DNA of 56,742 nucleotides, filler included, from Jimgerdemannia flammicorona (Eukaryota): the NCBI GenBank assembly GCA_003990765.1. It is 2 parts of 2 records of this genome, joined end to end, with 100 filler letters (N's around TTAATTAATTAA, not from the genome) between each part and the next. Parts side by side here need not be neighbours in the genome. Positions count along the whole stretch, not along the records: positions 1 to 28,323 come from RBNJ01000568.1; positions 28,424 to 56,742 come from RBNJ01000569.1. One strand, written 5' to 3'. Under the pieces are notes generated by a model. The model was not told the DNA's origin and searched no databases. It saw nothing but the letters and a program-made list of their open reading frames with translations. The position numbers and the translations under genes are program-made. This document shows, one piece after another, positions 25,634 to 39,101 of the stretch (positions are counted from its first letter, which is position 1; each line of letters opens with the position of its first letter).

Positions 25634-28218
25634 ATGAGCCACTCCAACATCCCCGGTCTCGGATTCATATGTCCCGGCAACCTCACCTACGCCGGTAGGA
25701 TCTCGCCCTGCAGCCTGGACACCGTCGTCTTTGGCACCCTCGCCCTGTACATGTTCCTGGTCGTCGTCCGCCGTGCGTGGAAGTCGAGTCGTGGTGCGTA
25801 TATAGCGTGAGTCACGACGACACCGTAATTCCAAGAATCCCAAACAGTGTACAATAATTACTTGCCACGCGACCACATCCAATCTCAACCAATAATCAAT
25901 CTCAATCCCCCCCCCACCTAGACTCGTCCGCCACCACGACGCGTCCCCGTCGCTACCCCCAGGCGCTGCACCCACTCATGACGGCCGTCCAAGCCCTCGT
26001 CCTCCTCATCTGCGCCACATGCCTATTCCAGACGCTGTACCTCGTCGTCCTGCAGCAGACGGACCCGACCGTCCCGCTGGTCCCAACTTACCTTCTCCCA
26101 TACTCTGCGCTACATTTCCTCGCCTGGCTAGCCAACTACTTGATCCTCTCCTCCGACAAGCGGCACAACCGCACGTACTATCTCCCTGCGCAAGCTTTCT
26201 GGCTCCTCGCCCTCGTCGCCGCGCAGGTCGAACTGTACGACCGCACGCTATACCTTGTTGGCACAGACGAGGAAGAGGATGGCCCGGCGAAGGTGGCGCC
26301 CGTCTTCGTCGCCAATTGGGTCCTGTTCGCGGCGTTCGTGGTGCGGTACGCCCTGACATGGGCCCTCGTGATCGTGGCGGGGATTCTTGAGTGGAAGGTT
26401 CACCACGGGGACGAGTGGGGCTCCGATGGCGAAAGGAGCGACGACGAGACGGTTGACGAAGTGAATGGTCGCATCGGTCAGTACCGTCGCCTTACGCCGG
26501 ACCTGAATAACGGCGACGGAGATGTCGAGAACAGCCCCACTACCATCTCGCCCACACCGCTAGACGACGCAACCCACGCACTCTTCACCAACGGCCTGGG
26601 TAAAGATTACGGCACGCTTTCTAAACGGCCTCGTCGTGCGCGGCGAGCCTCCAGCACGACCACAACCACTACCACGGCCACAACGGTTCCCGTGCAAACA
26701 CTCACGTCGTCACCGCACACGAACTACATTGCCAAGCTTCGGCGACTGTTCCCATTCATGTGGCCGCGCAACGATCGCCGGCTGCAGCTTTTGATTGTTC
26801 TATGTCTGTTGCTACTGGTGGCCGAACGCGTCGTGAACGTGTTGTTACCCATTTCGTATAAGAACGTCGTGGACGCGCTGGCAAAGGAGGGCGGCGGCGG
26901 GAGAGTTGTGTGGAAAGAAATTTTGATATTTGTTGGACTCAGAATGCTTCAGGGAGGAGTTGGATTCATTGGGACCGCACAGAAGGGGTTGTGGGTGCCG
27001 ATTGGGCAGGTGTGTTGAAGTTTAAGGAGATATTTTATGTTTAGAGCTTTTTAACCAGGTTCTGATTAAGATTTTTCTACGTGCCAGTTCACGACCCGCG
27101 AGCTCCAGGTCCGTATGTTTGAACACCTCCTCAACCTCTCTCTCCGCTTCCACCTCAACCGCAAGACTGGCGAGATCCTCCGCGTGCAAGGTACTCCCAT
27201 GTTCTATTCCCGTGCTCCAACGTACCCCACCTCCTTTAACCAACCATCTACTCACGCCTTTCTCCTTTTAACCTTCGGTCCCCTCCATAGACCGCGGCGT
27301 AACAAGTATCGTGACGCTTCTGACAACGATTTGCTTCAATATCCTGCCGACGCTGACGGACGTGACGGTAGCGTGCGTGTACTTCACGTTGGCTTTCGAC
27401 GGGTGGTTCGGCGCAATCGTGTTAACGACCATGGCCGCGTACGTTGGATTTACAATGCGATTGACCGAATGGAGGATGCGGTATCGCAGGGAGACTAACC
27501 GGCTCGAGAACGAAATGGAGGCTAAAGCTGGTGGGTTGTGTGACGGTAGGGGAGAAAAAGACGGGGGTTTGAATATTTAGGTTCTCACGGTTTTTTTTTT
27601 TCTTCAGTCGATGCCCTCCTCAACTACGAAACCGTCAAGCTCTATGCAAACGAAAAGTCAGTTCCTCCCCTTTCCTTCCCAATTTTCCACTCCAACCCCT
27701 GCTTACACACATCCCGTTTTAACCACAGATTCGAAGTGGAGCAATATGAGAAAGCAATCGTATCCTACCAGCAGGCGGACCTGAAATCCAACACGGTGGC
27801 AATGACGATCAGCACGGTCCAGAACGTGATTCTGCAGGTGGGCTTGTTGACCGGGTGTCTACTGTGCGCGCGCCGTGTCACCATGGGGACCATGACCGTT
27901 GGAGATTTCGTTGCGTACATTGGGTATATGACCCAGTTGTATGGGCCATTGAGTGGGTGCGTGATTTGAAGTTTTTGTCGAGTGATGAGCAGTTTGTTTT
28001 TAAGTTGTGGAATCGGGCGTCGTTCTTTGGTTGATGTTGCTTCTTTTTTTGTTTTACGATGCCATAGATTCGGATCGTACTACAGGTGAATGTTTTCCTA
28101 TTTCCCAATTTGCGTGTGCATTACAATCTCGGTCAGCATTGTGTCCTTTTTCGAAACATTATTTCATTTTTACCCTAACATGCGTTTCTTGGTATGAAAC
28201 CGTCGCAGGTCGATGCAG
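25634..28218 (+). CDS. HMT1: HMT1/ABCB6-like half ABC transporter (N-terminal extension and TMD); NBD exons absent because the contig ends
   Basis: Spliced translation gives FEHLLNLSLRFHLNRKTGEILRVQDRG, FNILPT, TEWR..YRRETN, DALLNYETVK, MTVGDFV..Y..QLYGPLSGFGSYYRSMQ, typical of the ATM1/HMT1 family; the long hydrophobic N-terminal extension favours HMT1/ABCB6. Confidence 0.88.
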
Positions 28219-28323
28219 GTACTCTTTCTCCCTCCTCTTTCATCACGCTTGATAAATTTTGAAAACACAACCCCAACCGGTTATACCGCAATTATATAAC
28301 CCGATACAATCCTCCCCCCCCCC

Positions 28324-28423
28324 NNNNNNNNNNNNNNNNNNNNNNNNNNNNNNNNNNNNNNNNNNNNTTAATTAATTAANNNNNNNNNNNNNNNNNNNNN
28401 NNNNNNNNNNNNNNNNNNNNNNN
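28324..28423. other. Artificial 100-nt contig spacer (N44-TTAATTAATTAA-N44)
   Basis: Symmetric N runs around a palindrome with stop codons in all six frames; sequence character changes abruptly across it. Confidence 0.95.
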
Positions 28424-28758
28424 ATTAGTTACTTATACTTAGTCAGAAATCACAAACCAACTTATATAAATATTTGATGGGAGTGGTTACTGCTGGATAT
28501 TTTGAATAGTTAGTGGAAGAGGTGAGAACCTGGAGGGAGAACCTATAGGAGACTTGTGGAATGTATTTGTAAGAAGAGTAGAGAGAGAGTTGGAGTTGCT
28601 GGGAGGTTCATAGCACTCTAGAGGAGTAGAGAGGGTAGGGAGAAGGGGGGTTTAGGTAAAGAGTATATCTATACTTTTGTATTAATATAATATAGATTGA
28701 ATGGTAATTGATAATAAAGTGGAAGTCTAAGTAACTATAAAAAAAAAAAAAAAAAAAA
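28424..28758 (+). mobile_element. 3' tail of a LINE with poly(A)
   Basis: aataaa at ~28713 then an A run at 28739-28758; resembles the 3' end of LINE C (atagat..g.taataaa..aagtc.aag..act.taaaa). Confidence 0.65.
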
Positions 28759-28759
28759 G

Positions 28760-29958
28760 ATATATATTATTATAAAGTATTTATTTTACTTTTTAGAAAT
28801 TATCATTCAGAAAAGAAAGTTTTAAAAAAAGACTATTATCTAATAGAAATTTAGTATAAAAATATATAAATATAGAGATATAGAAATTATATTAAATAAG
28901 AAAAAAGACTAAGAATTATATAATTAAGATATAAATATTATAATAGAATAATATAAAAAAGATTTACAAGTCTCTAAGATTATTAAAATAGAAGATAAAG
29001 TTATAATATATATATTAAAATAAAATAGAAGCTTTATGATTATAAAAACTAAAAGCTAAGTAAGAAGAATCTTATCTTATAAAAAGATCTATCTTTTAGC
29101 TATAAAAACTCTTAGATATATATAATTATCTTTATTACTATTTATCAAAACTAACTCAAGAAGTATTATATATAACTAATAGATAAAATATAGCTACAGT
29201 CCTCAAGATTACCAGTACTGCTCAATGAGCTATAGAAAGACAATAATATACTACTAAACTCTCAACTAAGAGAAATCTTATAATAGTATCTAAAGTATTA
29301 TATAGATATATTTATCCTAAATCTCTTACTTTATTACTTATCAATAATGAGCTAAATTTCAAAAGTACTATAAGCTTGAATAACTTATTAGCTAATATAT
29401 ATTTATAAAAATTAAAAAAATATTAAATTGCTATCTATTAAGTCTTCTATAGACAGATTATAATTATAAACCAGTCTTACTATATATATCTTAGAGAAGT
29501 AATTTTAGTGCATTTTATAAAAATATAAAGAGCTTATTGAGTAAATATAATTACTCAGATAGAATAACATAGAGTTATTTGAAATATAAAAGCTTGAGAG
29601 TTTAAATAGATATATATTTTATAAATAAAATTATCTATTTAGAAGAAAGTTATAATAATTAATTTTATAAGAAATAGAAATTAAAAGATAGATATTTAAT
29701 TATAATATCTGAATTTGATTTCTAAATTTAGTATAATATAGTTAGTAAACTTATATAAATATCTTCAGTATTTAGAGTAAATAAACCTTAGATCAAAATA
29801 GTTTAAAAGTAAAGAGATAAAGAAAACTAATAAGTTCTATAGGTAGATATACTTTGAACTTATATATCTATCTCTATACTTAAGAACTCTAAAGAGTTAA
29901 AGAAGATCAAGTATTTAAAATAAAAAAATCTATAGTTATATATTTATTTTATATTATA
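28760..29958 (+). mobile_element. Highly decayed Gypsy 3' remnant (integrase traces, PPT, shortened LTR 29651-29958)
   Basis: agaagaaagt PPT at 29641 followed by an LTR similar to 35308-35779; the upstream AT-rich sequence has integrase-like traces. Confidence 0.6.
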
Positions 29959-30014
29959 ATACTATTAAAATTATTTTATAAAATTAAAATAATAAATTAT
30001 ATTTAGTTATATAT

Positions 30015-33000
30015 TGTGATAGTTAATTAAAATTAAAAATATGAATCAGAGAAATAAATATTTGATCATGGTATCTGAATCTGATTCTCAAATATAGTAT
30101 AGTCTTATAAATAGTAGTTATTTTACAAATATAAAAACTTTACAAGTATAGAGATTTTATAGATGTAGAATTCTTATGATCATAGAGATTTCACAGATAT
30201 AGAGAATCTATACTTATAGAAAATAACTCACCAGAAATATAGTCATAACTTAGCTATCTTATAGTTAGTAAAACTTGTATAAATATTCCAATATCTAAAG
30301 TAAATAAACCTCAGATTGAAATAGTTCAAAAGCAAAAGAAAAAGTAAGAGAACTAGTAAACCTATAGGCAGACATACTTTAAACTCACTCACTATATTCT
30401 GAGGACTCTGTAGAGTCAAAGAAGATCAAGTTTTCAAGATACAGAAATCTAATATACTTATATTGTTATATATCTGCTATATTATAACTTGGTGTCCATT
30501 GGCTAGTAATTCAAGATAAATCCCTCATTTTCAAGCTAAACAATGAATAACTGCTATCACCCAAATAACTACACAAATCAAACCAAGACATCCAGATAAG
30601 ATGGATATGAGATTACCAGTATTCCATAGATATATATATCTCAGATAAATCAATCATCACCTTTATTGATAATTTTGAGCAGTATTCTGCTATAAGGATC
30701 CTAACAGCAAGACAATAAGTAGCTCTTATATTCTTCAGTTACTGAGATCCAGCAAGAGTAGCATTCATAGCTACAACCTATATAGGAAATGATGATAATA
30801 CTATACTGATAGTACAGAAGGTTTGGCTTAGAACTACCTACTATATAGATAAGATCAAGTAAGCTCTGAAAGATTAGCTCAATACAACATACTAATGAAT
30901 AAGTAAGGATCTAAATATATTCTATACCAGAATCTAATATTAGATAATTCTTACTGATTATGCTGATACTATTTGAGATTAAGTAACTGAAGCAATCTTT
31001 ATAAAAGGAGTTCACCCAGAGATAGTCATGATTATCTGCTCATTGCCAGTAATCCTGGACCTGCTACAGAAGGTCACCTATACCTAGCAATATTAGATAG
31101 CTAGATATCTACAAAACTACACAATAAAAAGAGTCACTGGAGTTAGAATTAAAGTACCTAAAGTAACTAGTGTAATCTCTACCATAGTGATCAATTAAAA
31201 CACACCTCAACTAAGAGCTACTAAGTAGTAAAGAAACAGTGACCCTATGGAGAAACTAGCTAAGAAGTTTACTGAAATGACTACCTACTTAGGGGATGTA
31301 GTAAAGGAAATTAGAGGAAGAGATTACTGCCTAGCCCAGAAGTTTGCTGCTATCTTAGACAAGAAGAGAGATACTTACTACACCTATGGAGAAGAAGACC
31401 ACTACTTATATAATAAGTGAAACTAAGTATAAGACCTAGTTAAGCAATGCTATTCAAAATAAAGAATAGGCCAACATTATTACTTTTAAAGAGATTAGAG
31501 AATCAGATGAAGAAGAATGGGAGGCCTACTCTATACAGATCACTAAGAAAGATATTTATAAGAAACTCTATAAGAGATCACCAAGAAGACCTAAGAAGAA
31601 TCCAGTAGAGAAACAGATGGAAACTGCTATAGAAAGCCAAGCTAAAGAAATAGATCAAAATATAATACCATTCAAGGAACTACCCCCAGCTAGTAAAGGA
31701 GAAAAGAAGAAAAAGCTTCACAAGATTAAAACTTTTAAGTATAATATCTTCAAGAATCTAAGTCAATAAAAGGTCAATGTAATCTTTGGCTAGCTAGCAG
31801 AAATACTCACCTTCAGATAGTAAATGAGATTCAGACTTACTGAAATAACTAAAAATTAAGACTAAAAGATAACTGGCCAATAATATTAAGAAGACTTAGG
31901 AGAAGAAAATGAAGATAATTGTAAGATCTCTACCTATGCAATATGTCAAATCAAAGATAGAATCTTCAAGGCCATCATTGACACTAGAGCAGGAAAATGT
32001 CTTCTCAGTAAGAAAGCAGCAGACTGTCTAGATTGAAAGATTGAAGAAGTAACTAAGTTGGTATTTGTCACAGTAGATAGAATAAGAGCCATATCTCTGA
32101 GAAAGATCTGAGGTATTTCCATCAAGTTTGGAGGAGTAACCATCTTAGTAGATATAATCATAACCAATACTACTAACTAAGGAGTATTTGCTAATATTAA
32201 GATTATCAAACTAGATTACAAAAAGGAGAAAACTACAAATAAGTATAGCTATATTATTAGAAATGAATTCCTACTTAAGAAGGAACTCAAGAAGATACTC
32301 TATAAATTTGAGGATGTTCTAGTTATAAATTTTAAGGATATTAAAAGAAAGAATCCATACTATTATTATGATATAGATATAGGAGATACTAAACCAATCT
32401 ACCAAAAAGTAAGGCCAATTCTATCAGCTTATCATGAATGACTTAGAAAAGAAATCAAGTAGATGGAAGAAACCAGTATTAGCAAAGAAGCCAGTAGTTC
32501 TTGGGCTTCACCAGTTGTACTGGCTCTGAAGAAAGAAAGCAAATGAGGAGAATTTGCTCCAAGACTCTGTACTGATTATAAGAAGCTCAATCTGGCTACT
32601 AAGAAGAATTTTCAACTACTGTCTCTCATCAGTGACATCCTTGTAACTCTGGGAGATGAAGTAAGTATTATAGTACTTTGGATTTATACTTAGGATTCTA
32701 TCAAATTAGTCTAGAAGTAGCCAGTAAGAAGTCAGCCTTTATTACTCTATATGAAATCTATATCTATCTATAAATACTATTTGAAATATACAATATATCA
32801 GTAAGCTTCTAGCAAATAATAAACAAAATCTTCTACTATAATAAAAGATAATAGATGATGGTTTATGTAGATAATATTATTATCTATAATAAAATAGCTG
32901 CAGAATATCTATAGTATATCCAGCAAATGATAGAGAAGCTAAAGAAGTATAGCTTATACATTAAGTCCAAGAAGTGCAAATTTACAAAAAATCAAGATCT

Positions 33001-35779
33001 CCTATCTTGGCCATATCATTAACTAAGATGGAATACACATGGATTCTCTCAAGATTCAAGTAGTAGTAGTATATCTAAAGCCCACTACTATCACTGAAGT
33101 TCAAGCCTTCATGAAATCCACCTCATATACTATAGATTTATCAAAGGATTCTCCAACATTACAGATCCAATTTATGAACTCAATAAGAAGAATATCAAGT
33201 TCTAATAGATGGGCAGGTAATAAAAGATATTTGATAAACTCAAAATCAGACAGACCTAAGCATCTATTCTCAGGAGACCCAATTGGACTTAAGAATTTAT
33301 CTTATAGACAAATGTAAGTACACAAGGACTAGAAGTAGTCCTAGCTCAGAAAAAAGATAAAGTAGAGTATGTCATCATATATCTCAGCTGAGAAATCTGT
33401 AGAGCTAAAAAAAAATATGAATCCTATAAGTTGAAATATCTCACAGTTATCTGGGTTATAAAAATATTCTACTACTATCTTGCCAGAAGATACTTTACTA
33501 TCTAGACAGACTATTTAACTCTCACCTGCCTACTGACCACTGGACAACTCAAAGGAATCTATGCCAGATAGATTATGAAGTTGCAAGTCTATATTTTTTT
33601 TTTTTTTTTTTTTTTTAACAAACTTAAAGTTCTGCAGATTTTTATTAGAAGAGAATCTAGACTATATAGGCCAAAACCCTCCCCCATCATCTATTGAGCA
33701 CTGTACCCTCATTAACCTAAGCTACCTATTGTCCAGCAGCTCAACCATGCTAGATGCAGCAGGGCCTATGTTGGCCTGTATCTCATTCTGTACACTATGC
33801 TCTCCCTACTACCAGAGGGAACTCAGCTATATACTAATGACCAAAAGCATATGTCAAAAATCCCAACATATGTACAAGGCTATATTCAAGCTGAATAGAA
33901 AAGCCCCTGCCACCCTAAAGAGAATAATAGACAAAGAAAAACTCTTATCAAAGTATATCATAGTAGGTAGGACCTAGTTCTCTCAGATGAGATAAGTAGA
34001 GAACTTATATATAAGGTAGGAGGAGACCCTTAATACCCTACTACTCAAGTATATAGACCTTGATTACATTACTGTATCAGCTCTCAGTTTCAGTTAAGTG
34101 CAGCCAAGATGCCTGAAATGGGTAGTCTCAGGCCCCCTAACTCTCTCCAATGACTGGGGCCCAATCTGCTGAATTACCAAAAGAAGCTGAGAGTGACACC
34201 TATTACCTAACTGCTCTGCACCAATCAAAAGGTCCCACTGAAGTAGCACCTGCCTCAGCCCCAATGACTACCCTCAGTCTAGTACCCTACTAATTTACTG
34301 TTATCATCCTTCCTCCTATCTATAATAGCCATCTCCACTCCTATCCTGACATCACCCAAAAAATAGTCACCTATGTCAGAAACATGCTCACTGGGAAGCT
34401 TGCCAATGTTAGAGGACTTCACCATAAGTACTGAGGACCTGTAGGTAATCTATACTGGGCACTTAATACCTAAGGTCAGCTGACTCCCTACATAACTTGT
34501 GATGTACCAAGATAACACCTTGTTGGTAATGGCAAAAGGAAGAAGGTGTTGCATCAAAATAGATATACTTCAGATGCAGCCAAAGATACCAGAAACTGCA
34601 AAAAAGTGGAGAAGACACCAATTGGATACTAATAATAGGGCAACTCATTACTATTGCCTCCCTCCCACTACCTTGTAATAGGTATAGCAAACCAACTTAA
34701 GGTAGAGGGAGTATTAATTGTGAAAAGTAGACTCAGAAGATTGTCTACCAAACCATTATACATAACTGGTAAGGTAGTAGAGAAAGATACTGTTGCAAGT
34801 CTATAATATAACCATTGTACACTACTTTAGAAGAACTAATACTAATACATATGTCCTCTCACTAGTGCTCTGAACAAGCTGATCCAGATCAGATTCAAAT
34901 CTCATCTGGATCAACTACAGTATCCAAAATATAGTATAGATATACCTATTATAAATTTCACACTTTAAGGTCTATCAGAACTAGACAGAGCTCTAAGAAT
35001 ACTTCAAGTTAGAACAGCTACTGAATTCACAGCCAGAGATGGGAAAAGAAGACTGGATTAGAGAGTGTCAGCTCTTCTATACTTAGATTACTATTGCTAA
35101 ATAAGTATATAAGCTATTCAAGGATAATGAGCTGGTCCTAGTATACTTTTGAGAAGTAGTCCCAAGAGACCTTGCTTAAATCAGAAGATACTATTGGAAG
35201 AATGTGATGATATAAATTATATAGTATAAAGATATATAAATCATAAAAGCCTGGGAGTTTGAGTGAATAGAATATTTTAGGAATAAATCACCTATTCAGA
35301 AGAAAGTTGTGATAGTTAATTCAAATTAGAAAAATGAATCAAAGGAATAGATATTTGATTATAGTACTTGAATCTGATTTCCAAATATAGTATAGCCTTA
35401 CAAATAGCAGTTATTTTACAAATATAAAAACTTTATAAGTATAGAGATTTTACAGATATAGAATTCTTATAATCATAGAGATTTTATAGATATAGAGGAT
35501 TTATACTTATAGAAAATAACTTATCAGAAATATAGTTATAACTTAGCTATCTTATAGCTAACAAAACTTATATAAATATTCCAGTATCTAGAATAAATAA
35601 ACCTCAGATTGAAATAGTTCAAAAGTAAAAGAGAAAGTAAGAGAACTAGTAAGTCTGTAGACAGATATACTTCAAACTCATCTACTGTAATCTAAGGACT
35701 CTATAGAGTTAAAAAAGATCAAGTTTTCAAGATATAGAAATCTGACATACTTATATAGTTATATATCTACTATATTATA
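30015..35779 (+). mobile_element. Decayed Ty3/Gypsy LTR retrotransposon 1 (gag, protease, RT, RNase H; no recognisable integrase)
   Basis: 472-bp LTRs at 30015-30486 and 35308-35779 (TG...TA from CA); 4-bp flanks ATAT/ATGT; PBS-like TGGTGTCCATTGG at 30490; PPT agaagaaag at ~35298; protease AIIDTRAG (~31975); RT SSWASPVVL, RLCTDYKKLN, VYVDNI; RNase H region interrupted by a retroposon. Confidence 0.9.
33594..34791 (-). mobile_element. 1.2-kb poly(A) retroposon family, copy 2 (complete, 14-bp TSD)
   Basis: Poly-T at 33594-33616; TSD GTTGCAAGTCTATA at 33580-33593 and 34792-34805; removing it restores Gypsy pol ...IMKLQVYNITIVH.... Confidence 0.93.
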
Positions 35780-37095
35780 ATGTACTTTATATAATAATAA
35801 TAATAATAATAATAATATAAAATTTATATTATATTTTTTAAAAGTTAATTTATTTAATATTATCTACATTTATATAAAAACTTTATTAAACTTTACTTAA
35901 ATAAATTATTAAAATATCTATAAACTAAGATATAAATTAGTATTATTATATTATATTTTATTATTTAAATATATATATATATTATTATAATATTTACATT
36001 TATATATATATTAAATTTAAGTTATTTAGTAATCATTTTTAATTATATATTGATTTTATCTTTAAGATATTACTATATATTTATCTATAATAAAAAATAA
36101 ATATGAGAAATAATTAATAATTATCAATATAGAAGGGTAAAATTAATAGTATACCAAGTGGCCGCAGCTTTGTCGCGCGAGCTACTGCGCCACCATAATT
36201 TTTCTTGTCCACGTGTTTAGATAGGGCATCCGTTTGAATTGAGATAGCCGTAGGCAGGAATCGGGCGCTGATAACGTTCCATGGTTATTAGTTCCTATCA
36301 CAAACCCTCAATTTCAGTCCCGCTACATCGCATCGCAACCGTTTCTGGCCGCTGGTAGTGCTAACGTACAAACTCAAGATGATGACATTTACCTGGAGGA
36401 AGTGCAATAAAAAATGTGAGGGGAGACACAACAGAGTCACCAGCGGAATCTTGAAAAAAAAAAAAAAGGTTACGGTTCTGCGAAGGCAATTAATGTTCGC
36501 GTAATGGATTGTGCCGCATAACGAATGCCAATCCAAGTTCCGTAATAGAAAAAGGATTATCGATCGTGTTCATAGTTTAAAGCCAACCCAAACGTCAATA
36601 CTGATGTGGCACCTTCCTGAGTACAATGAACAAACCTAACGTTCAAAAGAAACATCAATTTGCCGAGGGAAAGTCAAGGTCGCTTATTTTACATTGATAT
36701 CGATGCTATCGCGCAAAATCTCTCCCTTTCACCAAATTTAAAATGGCAATAAAACTCTGCTAGAGCGCCCGAGAGGCAAGTTTACATAATCAAACACACC
36801 ACACCCGTGCATCGGATAATCGAAGAGAAGTACACAAGAGTGCCTCAACTGCTCAAACGTCTCTACCTGGTGCCGACCTTCCCAACGCGTATCTAATCAC
36901 GCGTCCTCCGGCCCGTCACGTCACGTCACCCCGGCTGTTGCCGTTGTTGGGGGCCGAGAGGCATTGCTCATTTGCTGACAGCATCATAAAACAAAAATAA
37001 CACCCCTCCTCTGTAATAGACACACAACCGTTTCTTTCAACGGAATATATCGGAACATTCCATCCTTCAGCCCCAGCCTCACTCGGCACCCGAAT

Positions 37096-37213
37096 GATAG
37101 TTACCACTTCGCCAAGACACATACGATGAGCCCCACCACCCGACTCGTCCAAAACGATAGTTACCACTTCGCCAAGACACACGATGAGCCTCACCACCCG
37201 ACTCGTCCAAAAC
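37096..37213 (+). repeat. Tandem duplication, 60-bp and 58-bp units
   Basis: gatagttaccacttcgccaagacac(at)acgatgagcc(c/t)caccacccgactcgtccaaaac occurs twice head to tail. Confidence 0.92.
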
Positions 37214-39101
37214 GGCGTCAGCGCAAATACCCTCCGCTATCCCAAACCGCACCAGACTGCGCGGCTCCCGAGCTGCGGCCCCGTTAACCGAACGAACACT
37301 TGGACGCAACGACCGCGGAACAATGGTATCTACGCCACGCGATATGACTCGAGGCAGACGAAACCCCGTCGTCCCGGGTCTCCTGGTCGTCGGTCCTTGT
37401 CGGGTTCTCGGGCAGCATGGGGGTAGGAGCGAAGGGGGGAGCGTGGTTCCAGTAAATGCGATAACTGCAGGCATTTAGCGGAGTCAACCAACTTCGAAAT
37501 CGGAAGCGGGACCTACTAAAATGGAAACCTGAGGCGTGCGCGCTCGTGCCGTGGTTTCCTTCTCCGAGAGCTATTCCTTCGAGCGGGCGAAGCGTGGTGT
37601 GCCGTCGCGTGACGAACTTGGTGGGGTGTAAACGAGGTTGTCAGGTTATGATCGTGAGGGAAGTTGAGAAAATCGCGTGGACATATTGCGGGAGTTCGGT
37701 TGGTTGTGTACTTTAATGTGCGCCAGCGGAGATAAATCGGGTACGTGGATCCGAGGGTATGATGCGATATCTCGAAAATGTTTCAGTGCGGGGCTGAAAT
37801 GGAATTTAGTTAAATGAGGATTAAAATACGTTACAATGTGACGATAGGCGTATTGTCAAATGGACAGTGTTACATGCCATCGACGGTAAAAACGAAACAA
37901 ATCTACAGTGTCCAGTCAAACAATCGAGGTCCAGGAAACCTTTGGGACAGCTCAAGCCATACTACATACCGTTAGTTGACCGCGCGGTGCGAAAAAAAAA
38001 AAAACTATCGGTACTGATACCTTCCAAAGTTAAGATTAGGGCCTAGCTAGGACTATCTTAAAGTCCGGGGACAAGCAAGGACCGCTCTCCGTTATGGCCG
38101 AGGGTCGGCCGGCCAGGCTTACAAGAGCCAGCAATCTTTCTTGTAAGACAATCTTCACCTCCACAGGCCCACCGACATCGTATAACTACCATATTGGTGG
38201 ATGAACCTGTCACGGGTCTCCGACTCGATTGAGTCGAGAACCATGGAAGGAGGGTAATTCGGCGCTGTTGCACGGGTAAAAGTCCCTTGTTAGAGTTGGA
38301 AACGACTGAAACGTAAACAGGGCCGATTTACGTCGGCCAGAGAGCTCATGGGACATGGCTTATGGGGTCATGAGTGTTTGTCCAATTGAGCTAGACAGGA
38401 ATTTTTAATAATAAACGGCGAAATTAAGTTTACGTCGATATTTTAGCCAAAATACCGTCGCACCCAAGCAATATATATATATATATCTGGTAAAGGGCAG
38501 ACCATAGTCTTTCGATATGCCCATGGGCCGATGGAATAATGCAGGGGCTTCGCGTAGAGAATTAGGATGTAGCCGAAGATTCGCAACTCAGAAGACCTTT
38601 AATTACATCCCAGATCGGCAGAGCGAAATGTCGTCACTATGTCCAAGATAGTCTGGTATCAATAAAGGGTAATGGCACACGCTCGTTTTCCACAAATTAA
38701 CGCTTGCGCCACTACTTTTCTCAAACAGACAAGCCGCGTGAACACGATGATATCTATCATTAGCCCAAAACTTCCCCGCATAATTCCACGGTAGTCCGGC
38801 ATGACGTCAGGAAAATGCGCAGGCCGTGTAGTGGCTGAAAGAACTGAAAGCTGACTAAAGCGCCACACTGTCGGCTAACCTAAAAATTCCCATATGAAAA
38901 AAATTCAATTTAAACCATTGTAATGGTTGATTCTTTATATATATAAGACTCTTCTCCGGACCTGCTGTGCCTCTCTTCCCTTTGAATTAATAATTAATAT
39001 AGATATAGACCTTCGGTTTGGCGAGTTACTTCACTCCTTCCGTACGATCCTTCACCATCCCCCCGTCGAACCCAATCCCTTCATTCAGTCATACTTCCGC
39101 G

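Noticed and set aside
28368..28379. Palindrome TTAATTAATTAA as a biological site
   Set aside because: Centred in symmetric N runs totalling 100 nt; it is a six-frame-stop assembly linker.
33976..34005. Hammerhead ribozyme in the 1.2-kb retroposon (c[a/t]gatgag)
   Set aside because: No stem II/GAAA/stem III arrangement follows; only a simple hairpin is supported.
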